Shown here: positions 61,089 through 64,000 of the stretch, in pieces | Position numbering within the stretch: the first letter of the stretch is position 1 | Layout of the letters: each line of letters opens with the position of its first letter | Assembly: GCF_964355755.1 (NCBI RefSeq) | Contig: NC_092670.1 | Coordinates: 36,878,388-36,942,387, forward strand | Source: Antedon mediterranea | Lineage: Eukaryota > Animalia > Echinodermata | Direction: 5' to 3' | DNA length: 64,000 bases | Translations under genes and position numbers: made by a program | Notes under the pieces: model-generated | Told to the model about the DNA's origin: nothing | What the model saw: only the letters and a program-made list of their open reading frames with translations | Databases searched by the model: none

Positions 61089-62423
61089 ATGTTTCGTGTT
61101 AGCGTCAACCGACTTGTTTCATTTTTAATGATATTTGTCTGCTTTTTTATGATCATTTTGTCTGTAAAATTATTTGGAAGTACTAACTCACCAAGATTTT
61201 TGTAAGAAATGTCTTTTTTATTATTGTATTTGTAAATTTCTTCCATGAAATAGTGGAAATGTAACTGTGATACAAAAAAAAGTTTACAGGTAGTAAAATC
61301 TCTCAGAACCATTTCTGTATAGGGAGGTGTGACTTGTTGTTAAGATGCTTGGCTACAAATCCTAGGGTCCTGGGTTCAAGTCATATATGTCAGGATTTTT
61401 TCTAATGACAAATTACAACTCCATTCCCAAAGACTTGTAAGAAGACTTTGTTTATGTAGAGCATCTTGTGTATGTTTGTCTTGTGAACGTTAGGATTGCC
61501 ACCTTTAAGAAGGATAGTGAATGAATTTGCTTATGGTTATTCTTCAGTTTATTTTCTACCTTTCAACCTTTCCTTCTTGGTTTAATAAGCACATTACAAT
61601 GAAAATGAATCAAAAGAATGACATTTGAAGGTTCTATTTTTAACAAGGAAATGTAGTCTTTGTAAGATTATCTTCTTTTATATAACTAACAATAACATTC
61701 AAGGTACATGTAATGTATGTATAAATACAGAAGATGAATAGGACGATACAATTAAAAAACCTTGTCTACACTATCAAGCTTTATGTGACAACAAATAATA
61801 TATGCCCACAAATGGACATGATGATGTCATATCACTACCATATTTGACCATGTTACTACCATATTTGCCCACATCACACTTTTTTTGTCAAACTAGTTTG
61901 ATAGTTGTAGACAGAGCTTTAGATCAACATTAAACTTTTGTGTCATATTTTTTCTCACAGATATATAGAAAGAAAAGCTGAAATTGACAATGCGAATAGG
62001 CAAAACAATTTACTAACAGAATCATCTAATAAACAAAGCAACTTGCAATTTGATGAAAAAGACAAAATAAAAAAAATCCAATCAATATTAGGCTTACCGA
62101 GCAACTTTATTCACCATGCCAACCAACTGCCTGGAAAACAACTCGAGGGAATTCAAGAGATAATAAACGACTATTTAGGAGCTAATGATATTCCTGCAGA
62201 AAAGATATTAAATAATATTATGAAACTTTTATTCATAAATAACTCACGCGTTGTTGAGCCATCCAGTAATTTGACAACGCAGAAGGTGCAAGAACACGCT
62301 GCTGAGATACGGGTGCTTAGTATTAACGAACTACTGGAACGTCCGCCACCTAACCCACCGAAGATTGAACGTGTAAAACCAAACGATTTACCATACATAA
62401 GAGATGATAGTTACAAACCTTCT
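61089..62423 (+). CDS. 5' part of a type II membrane protein (short tail, one TM helix, long stem); Golgi glycosyl/sulfotransferase-like topology; continues beyond the identified exons
   Basis: CCACCATG at 61089. Exon 61089-61201 (MFRVSVNRLVSFLMIFVCFFMIILSVKLFG...) joins in phase 2 to exon 61961-62423, which ends LPYIRDDSYKPS|gtgagt. Confidence 0.65.
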
Positions 62424-62654
62424 GTGAGTTCATTCAGTTCATGTACTGTATCTTTGTTTTTTTTTATGCGTAAAATGTATATTGTTTTGAGAAGGTAAAG
62501 GTCCATATTAAATTCTAAACATAGGGTAATGAGCTCACTTTACTTATCCTCAGCATTATGTGGCCTATTCCTTTCCATGTGCCTTATCCCTTTCCATGTG
62601 CCTTATCCTCTCTAGTATTTTCAACCAGGTACTCTTTTACAGCTTCCCAGTAGA

Positions 62655-62730
62655 ATGGAAGTTGAATTGAATTGGACCCAGGTCTCTCTGTATAATAGTC
62701 AAGTGTCCTAACCACTCGACTAATCAACTC
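62655..62730 (-). mobile_element. tRNA-like SINE head
   Basis: Minus strand GAGTTGATTAGTCGAGTGGTTAGGACACTTGACTA...GACCTGGGTCCAATTC; degenerate cloverleaf. Confidence 0.5.
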
Positions 62731-63122
62731 CTTATGTTTGAGAATGTTTGAAAACAACGTAGTTATTTGAGTTGATGACTCAGAGCTCACAACCAGCAAA
62801 ACTATTATCATAACAGAGAGTGTCAGAGATACAATTAATGTTTAACCAGGCCCCTGGTCTAGGAACCCTAAATTGGCCATCCAACATTAGAGGCTTAGGG
62901 CTTTTTTAGCCTTTTTCGACATACTTTTAAAAGTTTAATGAATGTTTTTTCCTCTGAGCACTGCTCATAAGCTTTGGATTTAGCCAGTGAGAGCTCATAG
63001 CCATTACTCCACTGTATCAATGATTAACCCATACAAAGCTGTATCTGATTACAGTATCTTGCATTAATATTTCTCATTTAGCACGTATGCGCATGTAATT
63101 GTAAGGTATCTAATACGCCTAA

Positions 63123-63300
63123 AGCGTGGTTCCCACTAGCGACGCAACGCAAGGACGTAACGCAACGCAAGTGAATTGACCAATCACAAGCGATGGCTTA
63201 TTCGCTTGTGATTGCTAACTGTCTATAACTTCGCTCGTCATTGGTTAAAACGCTTGCGTTGCGTTTACGCCCTTGCGTTACGTTCTAGTGGGAACCAAGC
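63123..63300. mobile_element. MITE family B, copy 2
   Basis: Only a few differences from 31008-31186, indicating recent activity. Confidence 0.88.
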
Positions 63301-64000
63301 ATAACTACAACACATTAAAATATGTTAAATTTTTCCTCTGCTTTCTGTCTTACTAATGTTGTTCTAGTCATTTCATTCTGATGAAATGTCCACAATCACT
63401 GTAGCCTCAACTTTTTTAAGCATCATCATTTTCTCCCAGTCTGCCTCCATCCTGTTTGGCTATATGTCAAAAGTATTGTAATTTTAGTTTTAACAACAAT
63501 TGATGCGAATACAGTAGTGTGTGTTTCATGCCCAGCACTTATATTTAGTTCTTCTTCCTCTTCATTCAGCAATGTCCGAATTCATATGCCCAGAAAGCAG
63601 CGCATTCATCATGGTTGAGAGAACGCTACATTCCAAATGTCAAAATGTTTCTCTCCAAAGAAGATGTAAATGTGTTCAGCACCTACCACAAGCTGTCACA
63701 TTATGGGTTGCCGTTTGGATTTGCAAGAGAAAATAGAACATGTAAGTAGGGCTTGATTTAATGCTACCCACTGTAGGTGACCATTTCCCATTTAACTAGC
63801 TGGCAGTTGAGGCATTGAGGTCTGTAACAGTAGGTCGTAGGATTGATGTGTCGTCGATCGTCGCATAAACCACCAAAACAAAGCAAGAAGTATGCAAATC
63901 TCAACTCAACCCCTCATATGCACACAATGAATTAACATCACCCTAACTTGTTCCTCGGCGGTCACATATTGAAAGCTCCTTTAGTAATAAACTTTCCCAA

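Noticed and set aside
63330-63780. Possible decayed LINE ORF or further exon
   Set aside because: Multiple stops in the frames I read and no recognisable RT/endonuclease or transferase motif; left unannotated.

Overview
AT-rich eukaryotic genomic DNA with short GT-AG introns. The gene content and the Deu/Nin- and CORE-like SINEs suggest an invertebrate deuterostome, probably an echinoderm (inference). I assembled nine protein-coding loci by hand with phase-consistent exons: (1) the 3' end of an unnamed RGG + PYM/eIF2A-type C-terminal helical protein; (2) an intronless class A GPCR; (3) a THEG-repeat protein, head-to-head with the GPCR; (4) NAPRT (13 exons); (5) a secreted mosaic protein (degenerate F-type lectin + kringle + LamG + PAN); (6) a RING/coiled-coil/NHL TRIM-like protein with a single-exon CDS; (7) a five-finger C2H2 protein; (8) EFTUD2/Snu114 (23 coding exons), head-to-head with the C2H2 gene; (9) the 5' part of a type II membrane protein. 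There is one genuine tRNA-Thr(AGT) gene. Introns and intergenic DNA are packed with non-autonomous elements (a Harbinger-like MITE in at least 23 copies, Kolobok-like TTAA elements, several tRNA-derived SINE families, a 1.5-kb TIR element, LINE/Penelope 3' remnants) and minisatellites. The most unusual signals are: a ~1.6-kb AG-free minisatellite built from the 3' splice site of an EFTUD2 intron; strong over-representation of TAGGCCTA (and TACAGTA/TACTGTA), including an apparent in-frame 6-nt insertion in the GPCR, suggesting TA-site transposon footprints; a Penelope-type minimal hammerhead ribozyme; and satellites forming from MITE termini. All counts and coordinates were read by eye; no database searches were run.
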